Positions 43,168-53,289 of a DNA stretch of 64,000 nucleotides are shown one piece after another. How positions within the stretch are numbered: the stretch's first letter is position 1; each line of letters begins with the position of its first letter. Below the pieces are notes generated by a model, which was not told the DNA's origin, searched no databases, and saw nothing but the letters and a program-made list of their open reading frames with translations. The position numbers and the translations under genes are program-made. This stretch comes from a virus: the IMG/VR virus record IMGVR_UViG_3300033145_001047, positions 1-64,000 of that record. One strand, 5' to 3'.

Positions 43168-44092
43168 CACCCTGCTCCTCCTCTTTCTTCTCAAGTGCTT
43201 CCTCGATTTCCTTCGCCAGCCGTCGGGCGCTATGAAGGTCGTCGACCGCTCTCGCTCTCGCCACGACGTCTTGCAGCCTGGACCGCAAGGACCCTATCTT
43301 CGAGAGCAACCATGTCCTGTCTGCCGGGCTCACTGGGTCGTTCGTCCGCAGCAGCTCGGACTTCCGGAAGGCTTCGCGCAATGTCTCCAGGTGTTCCTCC
43401 CTCCGCTCCGTGCACTCCTCCAGACTCCCCGCCGAGACTCCACGGAAGTCGGGCTTGTTCTTGTTCCCGGTCCAGGCGTATTTCCCGTTCATCTTGAGGT
43501 ATTCGAGGCCGCTGTGAGTGGGGACGCTCCACCGCTTGCCGAGCGTGTTGTCGTTCAGTGTCTTGTCCTCGACCTGGACGTACCCGAACTCCTGAGCGGC
43601 CTCGCCGACAAGCTGGTAGAGTCTCGGCGTGTACTCGAACAGGGGCTTGACTCCTTTCCCGGCCATGCGGAAGGACTTGATAGATGGGAACGGACTCTCC
43701 GGAAACAGCTCCAGCTCGATCTCGTATGCCTCGCGCTCTTCGTAGTCCTCGTTCACTTCTTTCCACTGTTCGATGAATTTCCGGTACTCGAACTCCTTGT
43801 CCAGGTCGTCCCACTTGTACCCGTACTCGCCGGGCTTGACTCCCTCTGTCAGTTTCGCCTTGAGCGTCTCGTACTGCTCGACGGTCAGGACCACGTCGAC
43901 CTCGGGGTCGTGGTAGCTGACCAGCCGCTTCTTGAACCATACCCCGACGATCATCTTCGGCTCCTCGCACAGGCACAACTTGCCAGGGCTGTATCTCTTG
44001 CCGTCGATCTCCCACGTGTCCGGTCGACTCGGAAGAGTCACCAGGTACGTCTCCCCTATCTGCTTCACCGTCAGCCTGTCAGACATCGGCAT
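43127..44092 (-). CDS. Hypothetical protein
   Basis: About 320 aa ORF from MPMSDRL with typical codon usage. Confidence 0.7.
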   Translation of the reverse strand: MPMSDRLTVKQIGETYLVTLPSRPDTWEIDGKRYSPGKLCLCEEPKMIVGVWFKKRLVSYHDPEVDVVLTVEQYETLKAKLTEGVKPGEYGYKWDDLDKEFEYRKFIEQWKEVNEDYEEREAYEIELELFPESPFPSIKSFRMAGKGVKPLFEYTPRLYQLVGEAAQEFGYVQVEDKTLNDNTLGKRWSVPTHSGLEYLKMNGKYAWTGNKNKPDFRGVSAGSLEECTERREEHLETLREAFRKSELLRTNDPVSPADRTWLLSKIGSLRSRLQDVVARARAVDDLHSARRLAKEIEEALEKKEEEQGGETAVQEQEAATS

Positions 44093-45049
44093 CCCCTCCC
44101 AGTTCTTCCTTGAGTTCCTCGACCTCGCCTTCCAGCTCGACCACCTTTTCCTGCAGGTCGTCGATTTCCTCGGCCTTCTCGTCGATGTCCTCGCGCTTCT
44201 CACAGCATGGACACTCCGAGTCGGCGTAGAGGATGTCGCACTCACTGCAATGAGTGTACGTCTCGCCTATGGACATGCTTTCCTCCTTAATGGGAAACGT
44301 ATGTACTCAACAACTTCATCTCTACCAAACCCGCCGCGCTCCCCTACGGTGTCGAGACTCTGTCTATGTCCGTAACGGTTAGCGTATCCCTCGTACACGA
44401 TCTCCGCAAGCCACACAGGTATAGTGCTCGGGTCGTGTGCTACGTCACCCTGTACCGGGAACGGCTTGCAGTCAGCGCCACGTTCACTCATGGTGTGGCC
44501 TTCTTCACTTTGATAGGCACCAATGGGACCCGCCACCGCATCAGCCTCTTGCTCTTCTTCCGCATCTGATACCGGAGCCCAAAGAATCCCTTCATCCACT
44601 GAAAATCAGAAGAGGCCACGACGATAGGGTGGGCGACACCATCAGGAGCATAACCATAAATATAATACAGACCGTCCGAGTGGCGGTATATCCAGACGTC
44701 ATTTTTTTTCATCTGTTTATTCATTCTACCTTCTCCCGTGAGGCTTCCGACGCCCTCATTCGGTACACATCCTTCCCGTTAATCTCAATGTCCACCACGC
44801 CCGACGGAATGCTGACGTGTCCAGCGAAGATGTACACCGCGCCTCCCTCGGACTTCACGATTGTCTTGGGAAAGTCGCTCCAGCCGCCCTTCATGTATTC
44901 GTGAGATTCGACCGTGATCGTCGTCACATACTCCCAGGTATTCTTTCTCCGATACTCCCGCCTCTCGGTCGAAACAACAACCGCGACGAGAAGGCTAATG
45001 ACAACAACGATAAGGACAATAACGAATGCGACCTTCATGTTCTCTTTCG

Positions 45050-45451
45050 TCATGGCTTTCTCCCGTCCTTGTGAATCCTGTGAGCGACGAACTTCGTCCG
45101 CCAGTCCTGGAACGCCATACCCCATACCTCCGCGCACAACATCTTGAGACCCTTCGCCGTGAGTGGGTTCGGGTCCATGCGGTAGGCCATGATGAACGAG
45201 TCGTCCAGGGTGCAGCTCCATTCCTTCATGAGTTCCTTGATTCGTATGGCGTTCGCGCCGAGGGCTATCCCTTCGAGCACGATGGTCCAGCCGTTCTCCC
45301 GGTTGCTCAGGTCGACCGGCCACACGTGGACGACGAAGGTGCTCTCCCTCTCGGGCTCGAACTTCTTCCATATCATGTCGCCGTTGGTGTGCAGGTAGTA
45401 CCAGCCGTCCCGCGCAAACATTCCACGAGCAGCATCGACAAGGCTCGGCAT
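45050..45451 (-). CDS. Hypothetical protein
   Basis: GWYYLHTNGDMIWK..., 133 aa. Confidence 0.65.
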   Translation of the reverse strand: MPSLVDAARGMFARDGWYYLHTNGDMIWKKFEPERESTFVVHVWPVDLSNRENGWTIVLEGIALGANAIRIKELMKEWSCTLDDSFIMAYRMDPNPLTAKGLKMLCAEVWGMAFQDWRTKFVAHRIHKDGRKP

Positions 45452-45677
45452 TATTCCTCCCCCATCCTGTGGACTGCTCCGGTGTGAGGCCAGTCGACCT
45501 TGTGGAAGTATGGCCGCTTCGTGGGACAGTTTCCTCGTTCTACCTGGAGGTCATAACAGCGTCGAGCTGCTATCTCGTCGTCGAAGAACTCGCGCCCAGT
45601 ACCGACCCAGGTCGAGCTGTCGCTGACGATGTTATAGAGGACTGTCCACTTCGGGGTCTTCATTTTCTACCTCTCGG

Positions 45678-45929
45678 TCAGTGTTCGTCCGCTTCTTCCG
45701 GCTCCTCGCCGGGCTCCCGCTCCACGGACTTCGTCTTCCGTCGCTCTTCCATCTCGACGTATATCATGTGCTTGCACGGTCGATTCCCGAACTCCCACGC
45801 CTTGCAGCTACACGTTCCCTCGGCCAGGTCGATCACGTACGCCTCCTCGATGTGGCTGAAACTCTTGACATGGAATTTTCCATCCTCGGATTGTGTGTAG
45901 TCGGCGCGGTTCGGTTCTAACGGGCTCAT
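45678..45929 (-). CDS. SWIM zinc-finger protein
   Basis: CSC-x-x-W...PCKH motif. Confidence 0.75.
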   Translation of the reverse strand: MSPLEPNRADYTQSEDGKFHVKSFSHIEEAYVIDLAEGTCSCKAWEFGNRPCKHMIYVEMEERRKTKSVEREPGEEPEEADEH

Positions 45930-45970
45930 GGTTCCCCCTTTTTTTCTAGCCTCTTCGGGCTGTATTCTAC

Positions 45971-46816
45971 CTACTCTAGTATATCCTTTGTTTCGCCTTT
46001 GTCAAGGCTTTTTTCTGTATCTTCTTCCTCGGGCTCCGGAAGGGGCTCGGACGCCTCCAGCAGCTCCTCATACCGGCGCTTCGCCATGTTCTGGTCTGGC
46101 ATCTCATGATATACTTCCCCGGCCAGCTTATTTCCACCCCATTCTCCGTCGATCTTCTTGTATCCGCCTATCTGTTTGAAAAAGAATGGGACCCCCGCCG
46201 TTCGGCACTCGTCCCTGACCTTGAGAGCCCACCACTCGTCCATCTTCCGGGCATGGGGACCTGATTCGCCTCCTACAATTACAAGGTCGAGGAGAGTCAG
46301 CATGTTGTCCGGCATGACGACGCCCTTCCGGTGGAAGGTGATGGGTCCGAGCATGGGTTCAATGCTGACGAACTTGACGACCGCCGGGACCGCCGCGAAT
46401 ATTCTCATCCTCGCGTCAAGGTTCACCTGGTCCTCCGCGCTGATTCCGAGCCAGACGTTCGGCAGCGGCCAGTCCTCGGGAAGCCGCCCCGCAATGTTCT
46501 CCGGTCGTTTCGTCAATATCTGGTAAGTTAGGTTCGGCGTCTGTCGGATTATCGCCCAGGCGTCGTCCCTCCACTTGTCAGCTTCTTCGATAAACCAATC
46601 TGACCACGGACACACGAAGACCATCATCTGCTCTTTCCATCCAAGCGGAGCACAGAAGGTCTTATCCGCAGCACGGACCACGACGTCCGGGTCCCTTCCA
46701 TAGCGTTTCTGGTCTCTGAAAGCATAGCAGTTTTTGCATCCGCTTGAGACTTTTGAGCACCCCCTCCAAGCCCCCCAGGAAGCATCCGTCCATGCCACAC
46801 CAGATTTTATCCCCAT
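45971..46816 (-). CDS. Gp37/Gp68 (DUF5131) radical-SAM-like protein
   Basis: WTDASW...GCSKVSSGCKNCYA, ILTKRP, NVWLGISAE, SIEPMLG, IVGGESG, PFFFKQ. Confidence 0.88.
   Translation of the reverse strand: MGIKSGVAWTDASWGAWRGCSKVSSGCKNCYAFRDQKRYGRDPDVVVRAADKTFCAPLGWKEQMMVFVCPWSDWFIEEADKWRDDAWAIIRQTPNLTYQILTKRPENIAGRLPEDWPLPNVWLGISAEDQVNLDARMRIFAAVPAVVKFVSIEPMLGPITFHRKGVVMPDNMLTLLDLVIVGGESGPHARKMDEWWALKVRDECRTAGVPFFFKQIGGYKKIDGEWGGNKLAGEVYHEMPDQNMAKRRYEELLEASEPLPEPEEEDTEKSLDKGETKDILE
45978..46005 (-). promoter_or_regulatory. sigma70-like promoter
   Basis: TTGACA-16 nt-TATACT within the 3' end of the upstream gene. Confidence 0.55.
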
Positions 46817-46833
46817 GAGTCGTCCTCCATTCG

Positions 46834-47346
46834 TCAGCCCGACGTCTTGTTCAGATGAGGGAACTCCACGTCCGGGGAAGGCGCACCCAGGAACGGGCAC
46901 AGCCGCTCCCACCCTTCGCCGCCGCATACGTCCATCACCAGAAAATCTTCGTGTCTGTTCTGGAAGTGTTCCAGCACTTCGTCCTGGTGCTGCAGGAACA
47001 CGCGACGGAACACGTCGCGGTCGAACTCCAGCATCCCGAACAGGTCCATCCTGTAGTCGTCCCAGTTCTGTCCGGGAAGTCCAGCCCGTTTCTCCCAGTG
47101 CCGCTTGCACGACAGCAGCCAGGCATTCATCTCTCGCGGCGTGTATATGAACTTCGAGCCGGGATACTGGACGTCAAGTTCCTTGTACCGTATGGATATC
47201 GGGAGGTCGTTGCAGAAGTCCCACTGGTCCAGCTTCGCGTACTCGTACTCAGCCAGGTAGTGCTTCCCACTGTACCCGAGCATCTCGAACGCCGTGCACA
47301 GCGACCGCGTCCCCGTCTTGCTGAGTCCTATCCCGAAGTATTTCAT
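46834..47346 (-). CDS. Sulfotransferase (Sulfotransfer_4-like)
   Basis: FGIGLSKTGTRSL (5'-PSB loop), YPGSKFIYTPR...W-x-x-S (3'-PB), GWERLCPFLG...FPHLN. Confidence 0.85.
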   Translation of the reverse strand: MKYFGIGLSKTGTRSLCTAFEMLGYSGKHYLAEYEYAKLDQWDFCNDLPISIRYKELDVQYPGSKFIYTPREMNAWLLSCKRHWEKRAGLPGQNWDDYRMDLFGMLEFDRDVFRRVFLQHQDEVLEHFQNRHEDFLVMDVCGGEGWERLCPFLGAPSPDVEFPHLNKTSG

Positions 47347-47616
47347 TTATGCGCGTCTTGCTTGTGGATTGTCTCTTGAAACCGTTTCATCTGTTCCTCC
47401 AAGAAATCAGCTATGACCTTCTTCGTTTTGTCCTTTAGACCAGCAATTACGTCGTCAGGTATTGCTCTGAAAAATCCAGCCGTATTATTGATTCCAATAA
47501 GCACCATTTCTTCGCGCTCTGTATCTTGACGTATCGCCCGAGTGATGTCGTCAAGGCTTACCTCGATTTCAACCTCGACCTCCTTTGATACATCAACCCA
47601 TTTCGTGACTATCATT

Positions 47617-47976
47617 CTATCGACGTTCCCCGAAGGTCTCTATCACCTTCTTACATTCCGCCTCGTTCAACATCCCGATGTGCGCTTCCTCAATCGGCAC
47701 GTGCAGAACATTCGCCAGCTTCGCGTAGCACTGGTCCCTCGACATCTTCGCGTTCCTCCACCACCAGTCCATTGCAGTGTGTGCTTCCTTCCGCAGCGTA
47801 CGGAGTTCGGCGTTCGCCAGGGTCCCGAGGGGTCTCGTCGTTCCCTTGTGGACACCGACGTAGGTATCACAGGCCGGATAGTTCTCGCACAGATAGACCG
47901 ACCCGTACGATCTCCCTCCATATATCACGGCGCTGTCACTGAGCGACGCCTCGCCTCCGCAGTAGGGACACTTCAT
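47617..47976 (-). CDS. Zinc-finger protein (DUF3268-like)
   Basis: CPYCG...YLC...CDTYVGVH...PLGTLANAELR...HIGM. Confidence 0.8.
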   Translation of the reverse strand: MKCPYCGGEASLSDSAVIYGGRSYGSVYLCENYPACDTYVGVHKGTTRPLGTLANAELRTLRKEAHTAMDWWWRNAKMSRDQCYAKLANVLHVPIEEAHIGMLNEAECKKVIETFGERR

Positions 47977-48436
47977 CGTTCCGTATCCTCGTAGACCACG
48001 ACCTTCTTCTTCATGCCGAGCAGTCGTGGAACTTGTGACAGCAACCGCAGTACAGGTGATTGACGTCGTTCTCGTTGTGACTCGTCATGCCGCACACCAG
48101 ACACGTTATCGTCGGCCTCCCATCGACGCTCGATATCCGGTACGTCGGGCTCTGTCCAGTTAATGTTTCGTCGCGCTTCGAGCCACTCGTTGACCTTCCG
48201 AACAATGACAGTAAACTCTGCATAACATTCATCACATACCTTTCCATCACGTACCCTCGAACCGTTCGGGACGAACGACGCCTCCACATCTCTCCCATGC
48301 CCCCACCCTCCGAGGGCTCCGTACATTTCCAGCTTGATCTCGGACGCTCTACGGACTGGGGTCTTGGCGTAGTTGTGACCGTATCCTTTTGACAGCGGTT
48401 TCCCGCACAGGTCACAGCACTGTATCGTGAACGTGC

Positions 48437-48946
48437 TCACTTCTTCCCCTCCCCCTTCTTCTTCCCTCGTGCTCTCCGGATGGAGTTCATGAGCCTGACC
48501 TTGCTCCTCCACTGCAGGGCCATTATGAACGCCTCGGCCTCGTGGTCGTTCAGGTGCACACCGCACTCCGAGAACGCCCACGTCTGTATCGTCCGCTTCG
48601 GCTTGTTCCCCTTCCAGTCGTCGACGCGGACGAACTCGACGGGGAAACCCTGGGCGAGGATTCCGACTATCGCGCCCATCGACATCTCAAGCATTTGAAT
48701 CGGTCCCACGTTCAAGAGTCCTTTCTTCCCTTTTCTCATAAACGTCCCAGGCTGTTCGACGATAACCTGACCGATGTCATGGTCCTCGACCAGGTACTTC
48801 GAGAAGTGCTCCGTGATCTCGGCGAGTCGTATCGGCATCTCCACCTTCGGGCTCGTTCGGAACGTATACGACCATTCGTAGTATCGTTCGTTCACTAACG
48901 CGACTCCGATATTCCCTATACTGGGGTCGACGGAGAGGACCCTCAC
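48437..48946 (-). CDS. RuvC-like Holliday junction resolvase
   Basis: VLSVDPS-x-x-x-x-G, VIVEQP, WKG-x-x-x-K, DHEAEA. Confidence 0.8.
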   Translation of the reverse strand: MRVLSVDPSIGNIGVALVNERYYEWSYTFRTSPKVEMPIRLAEITEHFSKYLVEDHDIGQVIVEQPGTFMRKGKKGLLNVGPIQMLEMSMGAIVGILAQGFPVEFVRVDDWKGNKPKRTIQTWAFSECGVHLNDHEAEAFIMALQWRSKVRLMNSIRRARGKKKGEGKK

Positions 48947-49227
48947 GACTTCTTCGTCGTCTTCTTCTTCGCCAGACCTCTCGTCCGCTTCTTCTTCTCG
49001 GTCCCGTTCACGACCTCGAAGATGTCGTCGAACTCACACTCCAGGGCTTCGAGCAGCTTCCTCCGAACCTGGGGTCCCGGCTTGAACTTGTCCCACTTGC
49101 TATTCTTCACGTTCGACAGATACGTGTCGGTGACGCCGACCATCTTGGCCAGCTCTTTCATCGACAGACTCCGCCGGGCGACCAGCACGTCGAACGCCTT
49201 CTCCCGAATCCTAACCATTAGAGACAT
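48943..49227 (-). CDS. XRE-family HTH regulator
   Basis: LSMKELAKMVGVTDTYLSNV...P...KLLEAL...DDIFE. Confidence 0.8.
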   Translation of the reverse strand: MSLMVRIREKAFDVLVARRSLSMKELAKMVGVTDTYLSNVKNSKWDKFKPGPQVRRKLLEALECEFDDIFEVVNGTEKKKRTRGLAKKKTTKKS

Positions 49228-50404
49228 TCTTGACCTCCTTCGTCTCTTCCTTCTCCTCTTCCTTCTTCGGCTCTACATACTTCTTGTCGCCGAACTTTAT
49301 ACTGACCTTCCTCTTCCCCGTCTCCCTGAGCAGCTCGACCATCAGCGATTCGTTCTCCATCCGTTTCTTGACCGCACTGTTGTCGACCTTGAGACAGTCG
49401 TATATGTCTACGCCCAGTTCGTTCGCCTTCACGATGAACGCCTCCACGTCCTTGACCTCCCAGGAATGGGAGACGGCGAAGTGCCACAACTGTCCGCCCG
49501 AGACGACGTTCCCGAACTTGTCGCAATAGTTCTTGAGGACGCTCTTCGCCACGGAGTTCAGCTTCTTGTACTTCAATACCTCCAGCGCCAGGGACGCCGC
49601 CTTGTCCTTCGTGTCCGGCATCTGGTACACGACATCCTCCGGCTTCATGGCCGGACACCATCTCCAGCAACCGCACCAGGTGCAAGCCTCTGAGATGGTC
49701 GGCTTGTACTTCGTTTCCTTCTCGATCTTCGAGGTTTTTGTCAGTACCTTCCTCTCGATCACAGGGAGGTCCTCCGCGTGTATCTCGAAGTACTTCTGGT
49801 AGTCGAACCGGACGAAGTCCATCTCTATCAGGAAGCGCGTCACCTGGGGGTATATCTTGTTCACCAGCCAGGCGTATATCTCGAACTGCAGCGGGTCGAC
49901 GTCGGTCTTGTACCCGCTCTTGTAGTCCGTGATCTTCGCATAGTCCCCCCATATCTGCAGGTAGTCGAGGACGCCCCGGAACCATACGTCGTCGTCGGTC
50001 CACCCGCACTGGGTCCCGTCGCGCCGTATCGCTATCTCTTCCTCGACACCGACCGCGCTCCCCAGGTCGATCTCGTGGCCGGAGGCGTAGTCCTCCACCA
50101 TCTTCATGACCTCGGGATAGAACTGGGTCGGGAGGCTTTCCTTCTCCAGCGCCAGGTATGCACACTCCTCCCACTTCGGGAAGTCCTGGGACACCGCGTT
50201 CTTCAAGCAGTGCCGCCAGTACAGACGAATCGCGTCATGCACCACGCGCCCCGCTATCAGAATCGGGTGGAGTTCCTGAGCCTTCCGGTCGATGCTCACA
50301 CACTTGAACATGAACGGGCACTGCTCGTACTTCTGAATCTTCGAGAAGCTATGGGAGAGCGGTCGCTGTCCGACAGTCTCGTCCTTCGTCTTTTCTGCAG
50401 CCAC
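49211..50404 (-). CDS. PD-(D/E)XK (RecB-like) exonuclease
   Basis: SFSKI-x-x-YEQCP, G-x-x-VH, GVLD...ITDYKSG, Q-x-x-x-Y, CTWC-x-x-x-x-x-CP. Confidence 0.85.
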   Translation of the reverse strand: MAAEKTKDETVGQRPLSHSFSKIQKYEQCPFMFKCVSIDRKAQELHPILIAGRVVHDAIRLYWRHCLKNAVSQDFPKWEECAYLALEKESLPTQFYPEVMKMVEDYASGHEIDLGSAVGVEEEIAIRRDGTQCGWTDDDVWFRGVLDYLQIWGDYAKITDYKSGYKTDVDPLQFEIYAWLVNKIYPQVTRFLIEMDFVRFDYQKYFEIHAEDLPVIERKVLTKTSKIEKETKYKPTISEACTWCGCWRWCPAMKPEDVVYQMPDTKDKAASLALEVLKYKKLNSVAKSVLKNYCDKFGNVVSGGQLWHFAVSHSWEVKDVEAFIVKANELGVDIYDCLKVDNSAVKKRMENESLMVELLRETGKRKVSIKFGDKKYVEPKKEEEKEETKEVKNVSNG

Positions 50405-50481
50405 TATTATCCTCCGTGTTCTCGAACATGTCGAGCTGCGTGGGTTCCTGTTCCACTAAGCGGAACACCGATACCTTCCTG

Positions 50482-51078
50482 CTACTCTCCGTCATTCGCA
50501 CCTTCGGCGCTTCGATGGTGTGACCGTGGAGCCTCGCCTGTCTCACCGCTTCCGGGACGTTCAGGATGTTGGGATGCTTCTCCCTCAACTGTCGACCCGT
50601 CAATCCGGATGGATACTCTCGCAGCGTTCTCAGCACTTCCGTCCACTGCGGACTCTTTTTCCTCGGCACTTAGTTCACCCCTTTCCTTTCTTTTCCACGC
50701 ACTTCTTTCGTACACTTCCTTCCACTTCGGGTCCTCTGTGAGCCCGAATTTCGTACAGAAGTCCAGAAGCCCGATAACGTGAACCCCCTCCGGGCCGATA
50801 TGGTGCGTCCAGCACAAACTATCGAGGTTTCCGGGTTCGTCGCTTCTGTTCTTTCTGACATCAATATGATGGGGGGTCGGCATAGAAAGTTTCCCGCATA
50901 CCCTGCATCTCGGATTCTCGTCATGATATTCAGCCTGGGCCTTCGTCCGTCGGTACGACTTCGATCTCAGCCGCGACTTCCCCTGCTTCAACGGTGACCG
51001 CTTGAGTTCCTTCGTCCCCCGTTTCAGCTCGGTCCTCTTGAGCTGCTTCGTCCCTCGTTTCAGCGGGGACCGTTTCAC
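50482..51078 (-). CDS. HNH-like protein with basic KRSPLKR repeats
   Basis: CRVCG...HHI...NLDSLCWTHH. Confidence 0.65.
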   Translation of the reverse strand: MKRSPLKRGTKQLKRTELKRGTKELKRSPLKQGKSRLRSKSYRRTKAQAEYHDENPRCRVCGKLSMPTPHHIDVRKNRSDEPGNLDSLCWTHHIGPEGVHVIGLLDFCTKFGLTEDPKWKEVYERSAWKRKERGELSAEEKESAVDGSAENAARVSIRIDGSTVEGEASQHPERPGSGETGEAPRSHHRSAEGANDGE

Positions 51079-51081
51079 TCG

Positions 51082-51570
51082 TTACCTCCAACATAGGAAT
51101 GACTGTCCGACCTGCTCGATGGAGTGAAAGTATCCCTTGAGCATGTCATAGCTGAACACCACCCTCGGATTCTCCGCCGAGCCGTTCATGAAGGGCACCG
51201 TCACGACCAGGTTCGGTATCACCTTGAGCGTGTCGAGCAGTCCGTTCCAGTCCGCGTCCGGGTCAAGGACGTCGCATACGAGAGCCAGGTCGTACCCGGT
51301 CTCCAGGACCTCGTCCCAGTGCTTGTCTTCGTGTACGACGTGCACCTTGTCATAGATACACAGATGGTGCGGCATCAGCTTCGACTCCGCGAACGCTACG
51401 CCGTCGATGGTCGTCGCCCAGGTGCTCCGCCTGAGAGGATTCTCCTCCAGGAACTCGCGGAGCAGGAGCCCGTACCGTCCGAACTCCAGGCCGACATCGA
51501 GAGCCAGGGAGGGACACACCTGTAGCACCCTCCGCATGACAGCCTCAATCGTTTCCAGACTCTTCTTCAC
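51082..51570 (-). CDS. Methyltransferase-like protein
   Basis: LDVGLEFGRYGLLLREFLE...IDGV...YD...YDLALVCDVL. Confidence 0.65.
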   Translation of the reverse strand: MKKSLETIEAVMRRVLQVCPSLALDVGLEFGRYGLLLREFLEENPLRRSTWATTIDGVAFAESKLMPHHLCIYDKVHVVHEDKHWDEVLETGYDLALVCDVLDPDADWNGLLDTLKVIPNLVVTVPFMNGSAENPRVVFSYDMLKGYFHSIEQVGQSFLCWR

Positions 51571-52546
51571 CTTTCTCTTCCCCCGCTTTTTCGTTCAGCC
51601 TATCCGTCAGCACCTTGTTCAGATTTATCACAAGGTCGTCGAGCTTTTCCTGTTTCTCGTACGCCCTGAACATGGCCAGCCGTTTCCCGAGCGGCGTCCC
51701 GAGCATGGAGAACAGCGCGTCGATGTCCTCCGGTATCGGGTTCTCTTTCTCCACGACCACCGCGACCCGCTCCTCCAGCTTGGCCATAATCGAGCGGAAG
51801 TGTCGCCGCTGTATATCGTCCGCCGTCGAGTAGTCGTACAGCTCGTTCGCCACCTTCGCCAGGCCGCTCTGTCCTATCTCGGCCTCCTGTGCCAGGACAT
51901 CCAACCGACGCCGCTGTCCTTCTGATATCAGCCCCTCCGGGTCCTCCGAATCCTCGCGCCGTTTCACCGCGCCGGAGTATACGTCCAGGGCGATACCGAA
52001 CTCCGAGGCGCACTTCTTCACGGAGTCCGAGACCGCGCCCTTGCAGTCGTTGCCGAAGTCCAGCAGGTCGCCCGGTTCCTTCGCAGTGTCGCGCTTGTAC
52101 TTGAGGTCGCAGCTCCCGAACTGTTCCTTCGAGACCTCGCGCCCGTCCGCCGTCAACATCCTGAGACGGAGCCGGACCACGAACTGATTTATCCGGAGAG
52201 CCTCCTCGATGGTCGTGCTCCACAGGACCTCCGAGGACCACGTGTGTCCGGTCAGTATGTTCAACTGCTCGATCACGTACCCGATGTCCACGTAGTCCCA
52301 TATCTTCCCGCCCTTGCCCTTCCGTTTTTTGATCTTGTACTTCGGCGTCTCGTTGAGCAGCAGGTTCCGCTGTGCTTCGCCGAAGAGCTGCGGGACCTTC
52401 TCCTGAATCTGCTCTATCAGTTTGTCCCGCTTTGCGAGTTGTTCCTCGATCTCGGCCCCGGTCGCCTCGGGCTTCGGTTTCTCGACCTGGGGTTCCTTCT
52501 TCTCGGTCGCCTCGGGCTTCTTCTTCGCCGTCTTCTTCGCCACCAT
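51545..52546 (-). CDS. Rad52/Sak-family single-strand annealing protein
   Basis: RKGKGG...YV...VIEQLN...W...KGAVSDSVKKCASEFGIALDVY. Confidence 0.85.
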   Translation of the reverse strand: MVAKKTAKKKPEATEKKEPQVEKPKPEATGAEIEEQLAKRDKLIEQIQEKVPQLFGEAQRNLLLNETPKYKIKKRKGKGGKIWDYVDIGYVIEQLNILTGHTWSSEVLWSTTIEEALRINQFVVRLRLRMLTADGREVSKEQFGSCDLKYKRDTAKEPGDLLDFGNDCKGAVSDSVKKCASEFGIALDVYSGAVKRREDSEDPEGLISEGQRRRLDVLAQEAEIGQSGLAKVANELYDYSTADDIQRRHFRSIMAKLEERVAVVVEKENPIPEDIDALFSMLGTPLGKRLAMFRAYEKQEKLDDLVINLNKVLTDRLNEKAGEEKGEEESGND

Positions 52547-52616
52547 GACCTCCCTTTCTAGAGTGTTCCTCTATCATTCCGCCCGGTATAGTCCAGGCTT
52601 TGCTTCTTCTATATAT

Positions 52617-52645
52617 AGTATACGGTTCGTTTTCGTTCCAGTCAA
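52617..52645 (-). promoter_or_regulatory. sigma70-like promoter of the recombination operon
   Basis: TTGACT-17 nt-TATACT. Confidence 0.7.
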
Positions 52646-52665
52646 GTCCTGTTTTCGTGGTATTT

Positions 52666-53289
52666 TCAGCGCCCCGCTGCGGCCACTAACGTGTTGAGCC
52701 CGCGTTTCTTACGGAGGAGCGTGACCGTCCTTGTCTTTACGCCGTATCTCCGCGCTTCCGCGTAATACCTGAATCGAATGTCTATCTGGTAGCGTCCTCG
52801 TCTCCATGATCTCCGCATGGCCGCGCCAGTGTCGTCGACTTCTCTGATACCGATACCCGGTATGTCGACCAAGGTCCCGTACGGTATCGCCCTCGGGTCG
52901 GTTGCACAGCCGTCCATCTTCCAGGCCGACTTTCCGATTGAGGTCTTCCCGTCCGCAAACTTCCCGCAGCTTCGATAGCCCGGTTCATAGGCTGTCAGCT
53001 TCGCGGTGACCTTCTTCCATATCTCGTACCCTTTGGGTACTCTAGACCGGGGCTTCGGCTTCGGAGGTTTCTTGTCCGGTATGACCAGCTCCAGGCCCGG
53101 CTTGATCCTGTTCGCGTTCCGTATCTTCTTACGGTTCGCCCGGTATATCCACGTCCACCTGTTCCCGTCGCCATACTTCGCCTTCGCTATCTTCCAAAGC
53201 GAATCCCCACCGTTCACGGTGTAGGTTTCCTCCGCGCCGAGCCCGGCACAGAATAGGAGCATCGACAACGCGACCACCAGCTTCTTCAC
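52666..53289 (-). CDS. Secreted LysM + 3D-domain cell-wall-active protein
   Basis: Signal peptide, YTV-x-x-GDSLWKIA...IYRAN...I-x-PG (LysM), TAY...ATDPRAIPYGT...DDTGAA...IDI (3D). Confidence 0.88.
   Translation of the reverse strand: MKKLVVALSMLLFCAGLGAEETYTVNGGDSLWKIAKAKYGDGNRWTWIYRANRKKIRNANRIKPGLELVIPDKKPPKPKPRSRVPKGYEIWKKVTAKLTAYEPGYRSCGKFADGKTSIGKSAWKMDGCATDPRAIPYGTLVDIPGIGIREVDDTGAAMRRSWRRGRYQIDIRFRYYAEARRYGVKTRTVTLLRKKRGLNTLVAAAGR

Noticed and set aside
49211-50404. Cas4-like nuclease as evidence of a CRISPR system
   Set aside because: No repeat-spacer array or other cas genes seen. It sits with Rad52/Sak and RuvC in a recombination operon.
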